From Alphaproteobacteria bacterium (GTDB lineage Bacteria > Pseudomonadota > Alphaproteobacteria > UBA6615): a stretch of 45,292 nt of DNA. The DNA lies in assembly GCA_018666195.1 (NCBI GenBank), contig JABJAG010000202.1, forward strand, positions 1 through 45,292, in the 5' to 3' direction. Below, piece after piece: positions 9,838 through 19,447 of the stretch. The notes under the pieces were generated by a model that was not told where the DNA came from, ran no database searches, and saw only the letters and a program-made list of their open reading frames with translations. Made by a program: the position numbers and the translations under genes. Position 1 is the stretch's first letter; every line of letters begins with the position of its first letter.

Positions 9838-10950
9838 ATGAGATTAGGTTATTTCGCCATGCCGGTGCATCCGCTGCACCGAAATTATACCGAGACGCTG
9901 AAAGAGGATCGCGCCGCGATTATCTTTTGTGACGAGTTGGGCTACTACGATGCATTTATGGGCGAACATTTGTCCGATGCGGCCGAAAACATCACGAGTT
10001 CGATGCTGTTTCACGCGACGTTGATCCACTCGACCAAACAGATCAAGCTCGCCACCGGAACCACGAACCTGTCGCATCTCCATCCGACACTGGTGGCCAC
10101 CCATGCTGCGATGTTCGATCATCTGGCCGAGGGCCGTTTCATCATGGGCATCAGCCCGGGTGCGCTGACGTCTGATGCTGAGGCGCTGGGTATCCTGGAT
10201 GAGGATCGCAACCAGATGTTTGCAGAGGCGATCGATGTGATTCTCGAAATCTGGGAACGTGACCCGCCCTACAACATTGATCTGCCGGGCAACCGATTCA
10301 AGGTTACCACCGAGAAGACGCTGTTCGAAGAAACCGGCATTGGCATTATGCCCAAGCCTTATCAGAACCCGCGCCCTGAAATTGTAGGTACGGTTGTGGC
10401 ACCGTTTTCCAAGGGCGTGATCGCCATGGGCAAGCGGGACTTCCATCCTTTGTCTGCAAACTTCCTGCTCGACAAATGGGCTGCGACCCATTGGAACAAT
10501 TACGCGCAAGGCAAGGAAGAGGTTGGCGTCAAGGCTGACACTTCGGATTGGCGCATCGCGCGAACGATCTTCGTTGCTGACGATGACGCCACGGCGCAGA
10601 GCTATGGCAAGGACGATGCGAAAAGCCCGTATCGCTTCTACTATAACCAGCTTTACACGAAGCTCCAGAAGGCCAACCGTCACGCTGTGTTCAAGCATGA
10701 ACGTGATGAGCCTGATGAGAACGTCACGATTGATCGCGTTCTCGATGATCTGGTTTTCGCGGGAACCGTGAACGATGTGGTTGATCAGATTTTGGCATTC
10801 CGCGAAGTCACTGGTGATTTCGGAGAACTTGTCTATGCCGGCATGGACTGGGTGGATGAGGGCCTGGGTCGTCGTTCCCTGCAACTGATGGCAGAAGAGG
10901 TCATGCCGCGGGTGAATGCAGCGATTGGAAAGTCTGAGGCTGCTGATTAA
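9838..10950 (+). CDS. Luciferase-like (LLM) flavin-dependent monooxygenase
   Basis: MRLGYF, GEH, IKLATG, FDHLAEGRFIMGISPG, SLQLMAEEVMPRV. Confidence 0.9.
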   Translation: MRLGYFAMPVHPLHRNYTETLKEDRAAIIFCDELGYYDAFMGEHLSDAAENITSSMLFHATLIHSTKQIKLATGTTNLSHLHPTLVATHAAMFDHLAEGRFIMGISPGALTSDAEALGILDEDRNQMFAEAIDVILEIWERDPPYNIDLPGNRFKVTTEKTLFEETGIGIMPKPYQNPRPEIVGTVVAPFSKGVIAMGKRDFHPLSANFLLDKWAATHWNNYAQGKEEVGVKADTSDWRIARTIFVADDDATAQSYGKDDAKSPYRFYYNQLYTKLQKANRHAVFKHERDEPDENVTIDRVLDDLVFAGTVNDVVDQILAFREVTGDFGELVYAGMDWVDEGLGRRSLQLMAEEVMPRVNAAIGKSEAAD

Positions 10951-10971
10951 GCGTCCCGTAGACTGAATTTG

Positions 10972-11006
10972 AAAAGCCCCGTCACTTCGGCGGGGCTTTT
11001 TCTTTT
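10972..11006. terminator. Bidirectional intrinsic terminator
   Basis: AAAAGCCCCGTC-acttc-GGCGGGGCTTTTTCTTTT between the convergent LLM and MaoC genes. Confidence 0.88.
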
Positions 11007-11010
11007 GGCA

Positions 11011-11463
11011 CTAGTCTTTGATATGGCGTCGGATCATCAACGGGGCACGCAGTGTAAGCACGTCGAAGCTGTCCTGATTTGTCAGCACAGCACGGGTGGT
11101 GATGAAGCCGCGATCAGGTTTGCTTTTGGATGGACGGATGGCCTCAATTTCAAGACGTGCTGAAAGCGTATCGCCTGGCCGAACCGGTGCGAGCCAGCGC
11201 AGTTCGTCGACACCGGGTGATCCCATGGAGGCGCAACGATGCAAAAGACCAGAAACCAGCAAGCGCATGAAGATAGACCCCGTGTGCCAACCGCTCGCAA
11301 TCAGTCCGCCGTAGTTTGACTGTGCAGCCGCATCTTCATTGATATGGAATGGTTGCGGATCGAAGGCCGTCGCAAACTCGAGAATTTCATCCCGGGTAAA
11401 GCTATGCTGACCCAGTTCAAAGACCTGCCCGCGGGCAAAGTCATCAAGATGCAATTGGGTCAT
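11011..11463 (-). CDS. MaoC family (R)-hydratase/dehydratase, hot-dog fold
   Basis: FDPQPFHINEDAA, GGLIASGWHT, LRWLAPVRPGD. Confidence 0.92.
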   Translation of the reverse strand: MTQLHLDDFARGQVFELGQHSFTRDEILEFATAFDPQPFHINEDAAAQSNYGGLIASGWHTGSIFMRLLVSGLLHRCASMGSPGVDELRWLAPVRPGDTLSARLEIEAIRPSKSKPDRGFITTRAVLTNQDSFDVLTLRAPLMIRRHIKD

Positions 11464-11481
11464 GCGTGATTGCGCGAGGTG

Positions 11482-12738
11482 CTAGCTGCGTCCGGCATTG
11501 GCAATTTGGAGGTCACCGCTTGGTGTCACCATGACGCAGGGAGAACCCGATCTGCGAAGTTCGCGGCACATATTGCTGGCGATCTTTCGGTCCATTCCCA
11601 CAATTCGCGCGCGATAGAGTGTTTCCCGCTCACCGTGGAGAGGCGTAACCTGAACAATCGCAGTTGCGGGCAGCTCTTGAAGTCGTTTGGCTGTGAAACC
11701 GGCGGCGGACCGCGCCTTGTTTTGCCCACGAAACGCTCCTATCTGGACGCCCCATCGGATGTCGGTGGTCGGCTGCGCAAGAGCAAGCTGTGGTTTGGGA
11801 ATGGATGCTGGTGCTTTCTGTCCGGGAAGCTCGGGTTTGGGAACGGGTAGGGCTGCAACGGTTGAGTTGGACTTTGCTTTTGGCCATGACCTGTTCAGCA
11901 ATGATGCCATATGTGCGTCGCGTGACTGCCCCGTTTTGCCACCGAAGACGACACCGATCAGACGCACACCGTCGCGTTCTGCCGATGCAACCAGATTGAA
12001 ACCCGAGGCACGAATGTATCCGGTTTTGATGCCGTCCATGCCTTCATAGGTGCGCAACAGCTTGTTGTGGTTTCGGTAGGTGCGTTTGTTGTGCTTGTAG
12101 GTGAGTTTCGAGAAGTAGCTGTAATAGCCCGGAAAATTGTCCAGCAGCGCCTTGCCCAAGGTCGCCATATCCCGCGCCGTGCTTTTTTGACGGCTATTGG
12201 GAAGACCAGACGCGTTCATGAAGGTTGTGTTGTTCATACCCAGAGCATGGGCGCGGCGGGTCATCAATCGCGCGAAATTGGCTTCGGTTCCACCAATGGC
12301 CTCACCCATGACAGTGGCTACATCATTGGCCGATTTTACAGATAAGGCATTTATGGCCTCTTCGACTGTGATGGTCTGTCCGGCCTTGAGACCGAGTTTT
12401 GACGGCGCCTGGCCTGCCGCGCGCCGTGATACCGGCAGGGGTTGATCGGGTACCAGTTTTCCGGTCTCCAGGGCTTCAAATGCCATGTAGAGCGTCATCA
12501 TTTTCGTGAGGGATGCGGGGAACCGTCGGGTATCGGCATTACGTGCGTAATAGACCTGACCGGTATTGGCATCGACCACGAATGCCGCGTATTTCGCCTC
12601 TGCCGTTTGCGGGGTTGCGACAGCCATCACCAGAGCAAACACGGGTAAAGACAGGTTCAACCCCCAACACGACGCGCGCCGCCTGATGCTGTAAACTGCA
12701 TTGCTCAGGCATTCAAACACGGACGGTAATCCCATCAT
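11482..12738 (-). CDS. D-alanyl-D-alanine carboxypeptidase (peptidase S11) with C-terminal SPOR domain
   Basis: SxxK (ASLTK), SxN (KSAND), KTG (IKTGY); WGVQIGAF SPOR motif; start codon uncertain. Confidence 0.93.
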   Translation of the reverse strand: MMGLPSVFECLSNAVYSIRRRASCWGLNLSLPVFALVMAVATPQTAEAKYAAFVVDANTGQVYYARNADTRRFPASLTKMMTLYMAFEALETGKLVPDQPLPVSRRAAGQAPSKLGLKAGQTITVEEAINALSVKSANDVATVMGEAIGGTEANFARLMTRRAHALGMNNTTFMNASGLPNSRQKSTARDMATLGKALLDNFPGYYSYFSKLTYKHNKRTYRNHNKLLRTYEGMDGIKTGYIRASGFNLVASAERDGVRLIGVVFGGKTGQSRDAHMASLLNRSWPKAKSNSTVAALPVPKPELPGQKAPASIPKPQLALAQPTTDIRWGVQIGAFRGQNKARSAAGFTAKRLQELPATAIVQVTPLHGERETLYRARIVGMDRKIASNMCRELRRSGSPCVMVTPSGDLQIANAGRS

Positions 12739-12751
12739 TTGAGGTTCAGGA

Positions 12752-12788
12752 TTGATTCTCTCAATTGAATCAAACAGATTCTAGTCAA
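12752..12788. promoter_or_regulatory. Divergent promoter region with three GANTC sites and an inverted repeat
   Basis: GATTC 12754, GAATC 12767, GATTC 12777; TTGATTC-N8-GAATCAA; TTGACT on the minus strand at 12783-12788. Confidence 0.4.
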
Positions 12789-12852
12789 CGTTCCGAAAGC
12801 GTGTAAATAGCATGTCGAAAATAACCATTTCAAATCGGAGACTTGGGCTCGT

Positions 12853-13515
12853 ATGAGAACCTTGATTTCGAAGTTTTCGATAGTGGCAGCCCTGCTGACC
12901 CTGGCCGCGTGTACAACCTATACCGGTTCTGATGGCAATCCGCTTTCACGTTCGTTCACATGGTTCAGTTTTGTAGCAGGTGACGATATCAAGGCTGCAT
13001 GTACACCAGATAGCAATGATCACTATCGGTTTGTCTACAACGGTGTCTATGAGAGGCAAATCCGTGCCTATGAATTGAGAGGCCGGGAAGAGGGGGCGTC
13101 ATACTCGGCGCGTGCGCGAAACGAAGGCGGCAATCTGGGACGTTTTGCGTTCTCCAATCCCCTTGGACCGTGGGAATTGCAGAAGTCTGAACGCATTTTG
13201 ACCGAAGTTCAGGCATTGCAGATCATCAACGCTTACAACGCGGATGTTGCAGTAGCGCCCAATTCGGCTGGCCAACAATTCAAAAGCAACGCTTTCTATT
13301 GGATTGTCGCGTCCTGCCAGAATGGCGACTTTCGAATATTTGCATTTGATCAGGACAAGGTTGATCTGAATGCCCTTGGCTTTGCAGTCGCGCTTTTGGC
13401 CAATGATGAAACAGGAGTCACATTCCGGAAAGCAAAGCCAGTTGAGGGGTTTGATGACCGCGCCTTTTATATCAAAATCAATGATGCCGCCGATGGAACA
13501 GTTGGCGGACTTTAG
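12853..13515 (+). CDS. Hypothetical lipoprotein
   Basis: GGAG RBS; signal peptide with lipobox LAAC (Cys20); 220-aa ORF filling the gap. Confidence 0.8.
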   Translation: MRTLISKFSIVAALLTLAACTTYTGSDGNPLSRSFTWFSFVAGDDIKAACTPDSNDHYRFVYNGVYERQIRAYELRGREEGASYSARARNEGGNLGRFAFSNPLGPWELQKSERILTEVQALQIINAYNADVAVAPNSAGQQFKSNAFYWIVASCQNGDFRIFAFDQDKVDLNALGFAVALLANDETGVTFRKAKPVEGFDDRAFYIKINDAADGTVGGL

Positions 13516-13549
13516 AATGAGACATATCGCGTGATTTTTGGGGAAAACG

Positions 13550-14380
13550 ATGCCGCTTCTAAGACTTGAAGATTATCCGCCGCAATTGCCGCGACCTGAA
13601 CCCATCCTCGAATTTCAGAATGAACTCTGGGATCGAAGCCGGGATGTAGCGGGTGTCGACATCGTCTGGGGGGATGATATCTACCAGCGTATCGCGATTT
13701 ACCCTGCCGCAAATCCCACTGGCGCTGTTTTTGCGTTTGTGCATGGCGGACGCTGGACCAGCGGTCACAAGGAAGCCATGGCGTTTATGGCGCCTGCATT
13801 TCACGCGGCGGGCATTACATTCGCGAGTCTCGGGCACCGCCTGGCCCCCAGCCATTTTGATGAAGGATTCCCTGATCTCTGCAATGGAATCGCCTGCCTA
13901 GCAGCGAATGTTGATCGCCATGGGGGAGATCCAAACCGGATATTTATCGGGGGACATTCTTCGGGCGGGCACTATGCGGCGCAACTCGCGGTCACCGGCG
14001 ATTGGCAGGCACGTCATGGATTGGCACGCGATGTGATCAAGGGATGCCTCCCGATATCTGGCGTTTATGACGTCTCCTCAGAGGCTGATTATGCAGACTG
14101 GCCCCCGCCTTGTCTGGCTGAAGGCGATGATGGCCGGGAGAAAAGTCCGCAACATCGTCTCGCGGGAACACTGCCACCGTTCCTCGTTTCCTGGGGGAGC
14201 GATGACTATCCATTCCTGATTCCGCAGGGAAAGGCATTTGCGGCCTCACTTGCTGTCGCAGGTTCGGATGTGGATACGCTGGAGATGGCGGAAAAGACTC
14301 ATTTCTCTGTTTTGGGTGAAGGAGCAGCACCGGGGGGAGAGTGGAGTGACCGCGCTATCAGTTGGATCAGTGACCACTAA
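13550..14380 (+). CDS. Alpha/beta hydrolase, HSL/arylformamidase-like
   Basis: VHGG oxyanion motif, GHSSGG nucleophile elbow, ISGVYD, C-terminal His (KTHF). Confidence 0.88.
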   Translation: MPLLRLEDYPPQLPRPEPILEFQNELWDRSRDVAGVDIVWGDDIYQRIAIYPAANPTGAVFAFVHGGRWTSGHKEAMAFMAPAFHAAGITFASLGHRLAPSHFDEGFPDLCNGIACLAANVDRHGGDPNRIFIGGHSSGGHYAAQLAVTGDWQARHGLARDVIKGCLPISGVYDVSSEADYADWPPPCLAEGDDGREKSPQHRLAGTLPPFLVSWGSDDYPFLIPQGKAFAASLAVAGSDVDTLEMAEKTHFSVLGEGAAPGGEWSDRAISWISDH

Positions 14381-14554
14381 GTCGACGTACTGACAACCGA
14401 TAACCGTTTTGAATCCGGCTCCGGGCGGATGTATTTCTGTACTCTTTACCAGCGTTTGGAAGAGATAATTTCCGGTTTTTTTTGAATTTCAGTTCGCAAA
14501 ATCGATGAAAAACACTTGAAAAACCAGCGGTTTTCGCACGCACTTAAAAAATGG

Positions 14555-14693
14555 TGCGGTGCACAAATAATTTGTTGACACTACGGGCGGGCTCCCCCAT
14601 ATATGTCTCATGTTGCAGTGCAGCAACGACAGGAATTCAAGGGCTTGGTCAGTTTACGTTTCGCGAGCCCCTCACAGATTGTGCGATGCAGAG
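14555..14693 (+). promoter_or_regulatory. Phasin promoter: sigma70-type -35/-10 flanked by three PhaR-like boxes
   Basis: TTGACA 14575-14580, 17 bp, CATATA 14598-14603; TGCGGTGCACAA 14555, TGCAGTGCAGCA 14614, TGCGATGCAGAG 14682. Confidence 0.7.
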
Positions 14694-14719
14694 CACAAAT
14701 ATTAGAAGGAAGTTATACC

Positions 14720-15256
14720 ATGGCTACCACGAAGAAGACCGCCTCCGCGAAGACAGCTCAGGAAACTTTTGAGTCCGCCGCTGAAGCCCAGAAGAAGTCC
14801 TTTGATGATGCCTTGCAGGCGGGTACCGACGCTTTCGCGAAGGGTTATGAGGAGTTCTACAACTCAGCCCGTGAGCAGCTTGCCAAGGCGCAGCAGTCCA
14901 TTTTTGGTAATTTTGACGAGGTCTCCGACTTCAACCGCGAGAACGTTGAGGCGGCAATCGTCTCCAGCAACATTGTTGCGAAGGGTTTCGAGGTTGTCGG
15001 CAAGGAATTCGCCGCATATGCCCAGCAGGCCACTGAAGCGAATATGGCTGCCGCCAAGAAGCTGAGCACAGCCAAGGACCCGCAGGAACTGATGGATCTG
15101 CAGTCCGAATGGGCCAAGAACGCTTTTGACGGTTTCGTTGCCGAAACCTCCAAGCTTCAGGACATTTCGGTGAAGGTCTCCAATCAGGCTTCTCAGCCGC
15201 TCAATGAGCGCATCAACAAGGCCGTTGAAACCCTTGCCAAGACAACCGCCTCGTAA
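14720..15256 (+). CDS. phaP: Phasin (PHA granule-associated protein)
   Basis: Ala/Lys-rich N-terminus, NVEAAIVSS, AKDPQELMDLQSEW, PLNERINKAVE; located upstream of clpS-clpA; AGGAAG before ATG 14720. Confidence 0.88.
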   Translation: MATTKKTASAKTAQETFESAAEAQKKSFDDALQAGTDAFAKGYEEFYNSAREQLAKAQQSIFGNFDEVSDFNRENVEAAIVSSNIVAKGFEVVGKEFAAYAQQATEANMAAAKKLSTAKDPQELMDLQSEWAKNAFDGFVAETSKLQDISVKVSNQASQPLNERINKAVETLAKTTAS

Positions 15257-15277
15257 CTCTCCTCCCATACGACGGCG
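15247..15277 (+). ncRNA. Stem-loop with anti-SD loop (cuckoo/alpha-r14-like module) at the phasin 3' end
   Basis: CGCC-TCGTA-[ACTCTCCTCCCA]-TACGA-c-GGCG. Confidence 0.45.
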
Positions 15278-15282
15278 TTTAG

Positions 15283-15320
15283 ACGGCCCGACCCAGTACT
15301 TCTGGTCGGGCCGTTGTCAT
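15283..15320 (+). terminator. Terminator-like or stabilising hairpin after the phasin gene
   Basis: Perfect 11-bp stem ACGGCCCGACC/GGTCGGGCCGT with only a weak U-tract. Confidence 0.6.
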
Positions 15321-15472
15321 GTCTGGGGCTTGCTTTTCGACGGTTTCGTACACAATTAGGTGTACCGAGGCAGGGCTGCATGGCTTTCGCGGAGGGCATC
15401 GGCTCGTCTAGAATGTCTGACGAACCAACCGGCACCACAGCGCGAATAATGTTACGCAAAATTTTATATTCG

Positions 15473-15841
15473 ATGGACGACCTGCTCCCGCCGCCGCGTG
15501 CTGCGGGTGATGACGATTCCGATGATGCTATTGGCGGCGACGGTGACGGACAGTCCGGACTGGCCACGAAGACCAGAACCAAGACGAAGAAACCGTCGAT
15601 GTACAAGGTTCTGATGCTGAATGACGACTACACGCCGATGGAATTCGTCGTGATGGTGATCGAACAGTTTTTTTCGAAATCATACGAAGACGCCATTCAG
15701 ATCATGCTCCATGTCCATCAGAAGGGCGTGGGAATTTGCGGTGTCTTTACCTATGAAGTCGCAGAGACCAAAGTGACCCAGGTCATGGATTTTGCGCGCA
15801 AGAACGAACATCCTTTGCAGTGCACCCTTGAAAAGGACTGA
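15473..15841 (+). CDS. clpS: ATP-dependent Clp protease adaptor ClpS
   Basis: [37 protein letters not shown]; start could also be 15413 or 15449. Confidence 0.96.
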   Translation: MDDLLPPPRAAGDDDSDDAIGGDGDGQSGLATKTRTKTKKPSMYKVLMLNDDYTPMEFVVMVIEQFFSKSYEDAIQIMLHVHQKGVGICGVFTYEVAETKVTQVMDFARKNEHPLQCTLEKD

Positions 15842-15905
15842 CGTGCTGCGAATGTATTGTATGTCCCAGATGACGAAGCCCCGACGCGAAAGGTAACCTT
15901 CGCAA

Positions 15906-18260
15906 ATGTTGTCTCAGAACCTCGAACAATCATTGCATCGCGCATTGGCGCTCGCGAATGAACGCCATCATGAGTATGCGACGCTGGAGCATCTGCTCCT
16001 GTCTCTTACAGAAGATCAGGACGCGGTTTCTGTTCTGCGTGCCTGTGGCGTCGATATCGATCATCTGCGTCATGATCTGTCCGAATATATCGATGAAGAG
16101 CTCTCCAGTCTGATCACCAGCCGTGTCGAGGAATCTAAACCGACGGCCGGGTTCCAGCGCGTGCTTCAACGCGCAGCGATCCATGTTCAGTCGTCCGGTC
16201 GCGAAGAGGTAACGGGCGCCAATGTTCTGGTCGCGATTTTCTCTGAACGTGAAAGCCACGCTGTATTTTTCCTGCAGCAGCAGGAAATGACACGTTTGGA
16301 TGCTGTGAACTACATTTCACATGGCATTGCCAAGGTACCGGGTCAGGAAGACCCCCGAGCGGCCCGTGGCGCTGAGGAAGAGGGCGAAGACGGTGAGACG
16401 ATCGTCAAGAAGGGGCAGGAAGCCCTGACGGCCTATTGCGTGCACCTCAACCAGAAGGCGGAGGACGGGGATATTGACCCGCTGATCGGGCGTGAGCACG
16501 AAGTTGAGCGAACTATCCAGATTCTGGCCCGACGCACGAAGAACAACCCGCTATATGTGGGAGACCCAGGCGTTGGTAAGACGGCGATTGCCGAAGGTCT
16601 CGCCAAACGCATTGTTGAAGGTGAAGTGCCAGAGGTTCTGGCAGACGCCACGATCTTCTCACTCGACATGGGGGCCTTGCTTGCAGGAACCCGTTATCGC
16701 GGGGACTTCGAAGAGCGTTTGAAAGCTGTCATCAATGAGATTGAGGGCATGCCCGGTGCCGTTCTCTTCATTGATGAAATCCACACGGTGATTGGTGCCG
16801 GTGCCACATCCGGTGGCGCGATGGACGCCTCTAACCTGCTGAAGCCGGCACTGGCCAGCGGGAAGCTGCGGTGCATCGGGTCAACCACTTACAAGGAGTA
16901 TCGAAGTTACTTCGAAAAGGATCGTGCTCTGGTCCGCCGGTTCCAGAAAATTGACGTGAATGAGCCATCGGTTGAAGACACGGTCAAGATCCTGCGCGGC
17001 CTGAAGCCGTATTATGAAGAACATCACGACATCCGATACACCGATCAGGCGATCCGCACGGCGGTAGAACTTTCGGCCCGCTATATTGGTGACCGCAAGC
17101 TGCCCGACAGCGCGATCGATGTGATCGATGAATCTGGCGCAGCACAGTCATTGCTCTCCCCCTCCAAGCGCAAGAAGACCATCGGTGTGAAGGATGTGGA
17201 GGCTGTTGTCGCCAAGATTGCACGCATTCCGCCGAAGACCGTCAGTCGTGACGACAAGACCGCGCTGGAAAACCTGGAGCGCGACCTCAAGACCATGGTC
17301 TTTGGTCAGGACGATGCGATCACCGCGTTGTCCGGAGCGATCAAACTGGCCCGTGCGGGTTTGCGGGAGCCTGAGAAGCCCATCGGTGCCTATCTGTTCT
17401 CGGGTCCAACCGGTGTCGGCAAGACTGAGGCCGCGCGCCAACTGGCGCGTTCTCTCGGTGTAGAGCTGACCCGGTTCGACATGTCGGAATATATGGAACG
17501 TCATTCGATATCCCGTCTGATCGGTGCGCCTCCGGGATATGTAGGGTTTGACCAAGGGGGACTGCTGACCGATGCCATTGATCAGCACCCGCATCAGGTC
17601 TTGCTGCTCGACGAGATCGAAAAGGCCCATCCTGATTTGTTCAATATCCTATTGCAGGTCATGGACTACGGAAAGCTGACTGATCACAACGGCAAGTCCG
17701 TGGACTTCCGCAATGTGGTCCTGATCATGACCACCAATGCTGGTGCGTCTGACCTGGCCAAGCCGGCCATGGGCTTTGGCTCAGGTGTGCGAGAGGGTGA
17801 TGACAAAGAGGCGATCAACCGCCTGTTTACCCCGGAATTCCGAAACCGCCTGGACGCTGTGATTGGGTTCAAAAACCTGTCGCCCGATGTGATGGGCCGC
17901 GTGGTCGACAAGTTCGTCATGCAACTGGAATCCCAGCTTGAAGATAGAAACGTGACAATCACGTTGGATGAAGATGCACGCGAGTGGTTGTCCAAGAAAG
18001 GCTATGACCCGCAATTTGGTGCCCGTCCGCTTGCCCGTGTGATTCAGGAGAGCTTGAAGCAGCCTCTCGCCGAAGAACTGTTGTTCGGCAAACTCACGAA
18101 GGGTGGAGCGGTGAATATCGGTGTCGAGGACGGTGTATTGACGTTCGGGATTGAGGAAGACAAGCCGTCAGGGGATGGCGGGTCCGGCAAGAAGCGGAAG
18201 AAACCCAGCCCGGATGATTCCGGTGATGGTGACAAGGAACCAGCTCTCGTCGAGAAGTAG
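15906..18260 (+). CDS. clpA: ATP-dependent Clp protease ATPase subunit ClpA
   Basis: Clp N-domain, two AAA modules ([16 protein letters not shown]), MGF loop, follows clpS. Confidence 0.97.
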   Translation: MLSQNLEQSLHRALALANERHHEYATLEHLLLSLTEDQDAVSVLRACGVDIDHLRHDLSEYIDEELSSLITSRVEESKPTAGFQRVLQRAAIHVQSSGREEVTGANVLVAIFSERESHAVFFLQQQEMTRLDAVNYISHGIAKVPGQEDPRAARGAEEEGEDGETIVKKGQEALTAYCVHLNQKAEDGDIDPLIGREHEVERTIQILARRTKNNPLYVGDPGVGKTAIAEGLAKRIVEGEVPEVLADATIFSLDMGALLAGTRYRGDFEERLKAVINEIEGMPGAVLFIDEIHTVIGAGATSGGAMDASNLLKPALASGKLRCIGSTTYKEYRSYFEKDRALVRRFQKIDVNEPSVEDTVKILRGLKPYYEEHHDIRYTDQAIRTAVELSARYIGDRKLPDSAIDVIDESGAAQSLLSPSKRKKTIGVKDVEAVVAKIARIPPKTVSRDDKTALENLERDLKTMVFGQDDAITALSGAIKLARAGLREPEKPIGAYLFSGPTGVGKTEAARQLARSLGVELTRFDMSEYMERHSISRLIGAPPGYVGFDQGGLLTDAIDQHPHQVLLLDEIEKAHPDLFNILLQVMDYGKLTDHNGKSVDFRNVVLIMTTNAGASDLAKPAMGFGSGVREGDDKEAINRLFTPEFRNRLDAVIGFKNLSPDVMGRVVDKFVMQLESQLEDRNVTITLDEDAREWLSKKGYDPQFGARPLARVIQESLKQPLAEELLFGKLTKGGAVNIGVEDGVLTFGIEEDKPSGDGGSGKKRKKPSPDDSGDGDKEPALVEK

Positions 18261-18278
18261 GCGAGAGCGCCTGGAAGG

Positions 18279-19438
18279 CTAGTCTTCCTGCCGGTAGGGC
18301 AGGTGCTCGGCATAGGCTTCCATTTCCCAGTCTACTTCGCGCTGTTCTTCTTCGCAGAAGCGTGCGACCGCTTCGCGAAATCCTTCATTGGGAATGTAGT
18401 GACCAGAATAGGTTTGGACCGGCTCATAGCCGCGCTGGATTTTGTGCGGACCTTGCGTACCGGCCTCAACCGTCGACAGGCCATTGTTGATCGCATATTC
18501 GATCGCCTGATAATAGCAGGCCTCAAATGTAGAAACCGGAAGTCCCCAAGGCAGCCCCAGTTGCGCCCATAGAGAGCGTCAGAACCCCGTAGATTGAGCG
18601 CGCCGGCGACTGGCAGTCCTTCCATATCGGCCATCACCAATACGATCTTTTGCCCAAGCCTTGCCTGCGCGGCTTCAAAGAATTCGCGGGTCAGGTAGGG
18701 GTAGCCCCATTTCCGGTCATAGGTATCGACATAGAATTGATAGAACGCATCCCAGTGTTCGGGTTGGATGTCGTCTCCTGAAAGAGCGCGAACCCGAATA
18801 CCCTGATCGGCAACTTGCCGTCGTTCCTTTCGGATCATTTTGCGTTTGCGACTGGTCAGGGCACCAAGAAAGTCATCGAAGGTCTGGTATCCACGGTTGT
18901 GCCAGTGGAATTGTCGGCCCACGCGGGGGATCCAGTCGGCAATCCCGATCAGCGCGTGCTCACGCTCGGTGCAGAAAGTCACATGGACCGAAGAAACATC
19001 GAGTTGCTTGCACATGGTTTCCAGCGCGCGAAGCAACGTCAGACGGGAATCGTCAGAATCCGGGCCGTTCCCGGCCAGCAAACGTGGTCCTGAAACCGGA
19101 GAGAAGGGGGCCGCAACCTGCATTTTCGGGTAGTAGCGACCGCCGGCGCGTTCCCACGCATTGGCCCAGCCATGATCGAACACGTATTCGCCCTGAGAAT
19201 GGCTTTTAAGGTACATCGGCGCGGCGGCAATGATCGTGCCGTCTGTCTCCTCGACAATGATGTGCTGAGGTAGCCAGCCCGCTTCGTTCGTTGCGCAGCC
19301 TGTTTCCTCCAGCGCATGCAGGAATTGATGGCTGACGAATGGATTGTCATCACCAGCGAGTTTCTCCCATGTGTCGGCCGGGATATTCGCGATGTTTTCG
19401 ACAATTCGGGCGGATAGTGCTGTGTCACCGTCGGGCAT
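18279..19438 (-). pseudogene. FemAB-like GNAT (DUF482) protein with a 1-nt frameshift near 18525-18527 (pseudogene or sequencing error)
   Basis: HSQGEYVFDHGWA, YGRNWG; adding one T restores FLHFEACYYQAIEYAI..VEAGTQGPHKIQRGY, ending at TAG 18279-18281. Confidence 0.85.
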
Positions 19439-19447
19439 GGCGACAGT

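Noticed and set aside
9844-10884. 346-aa antisense ORF covering the LLM gene
   Set aside because: Mirror frame of a codon-biased GC-rich gene; no recognisable motifs
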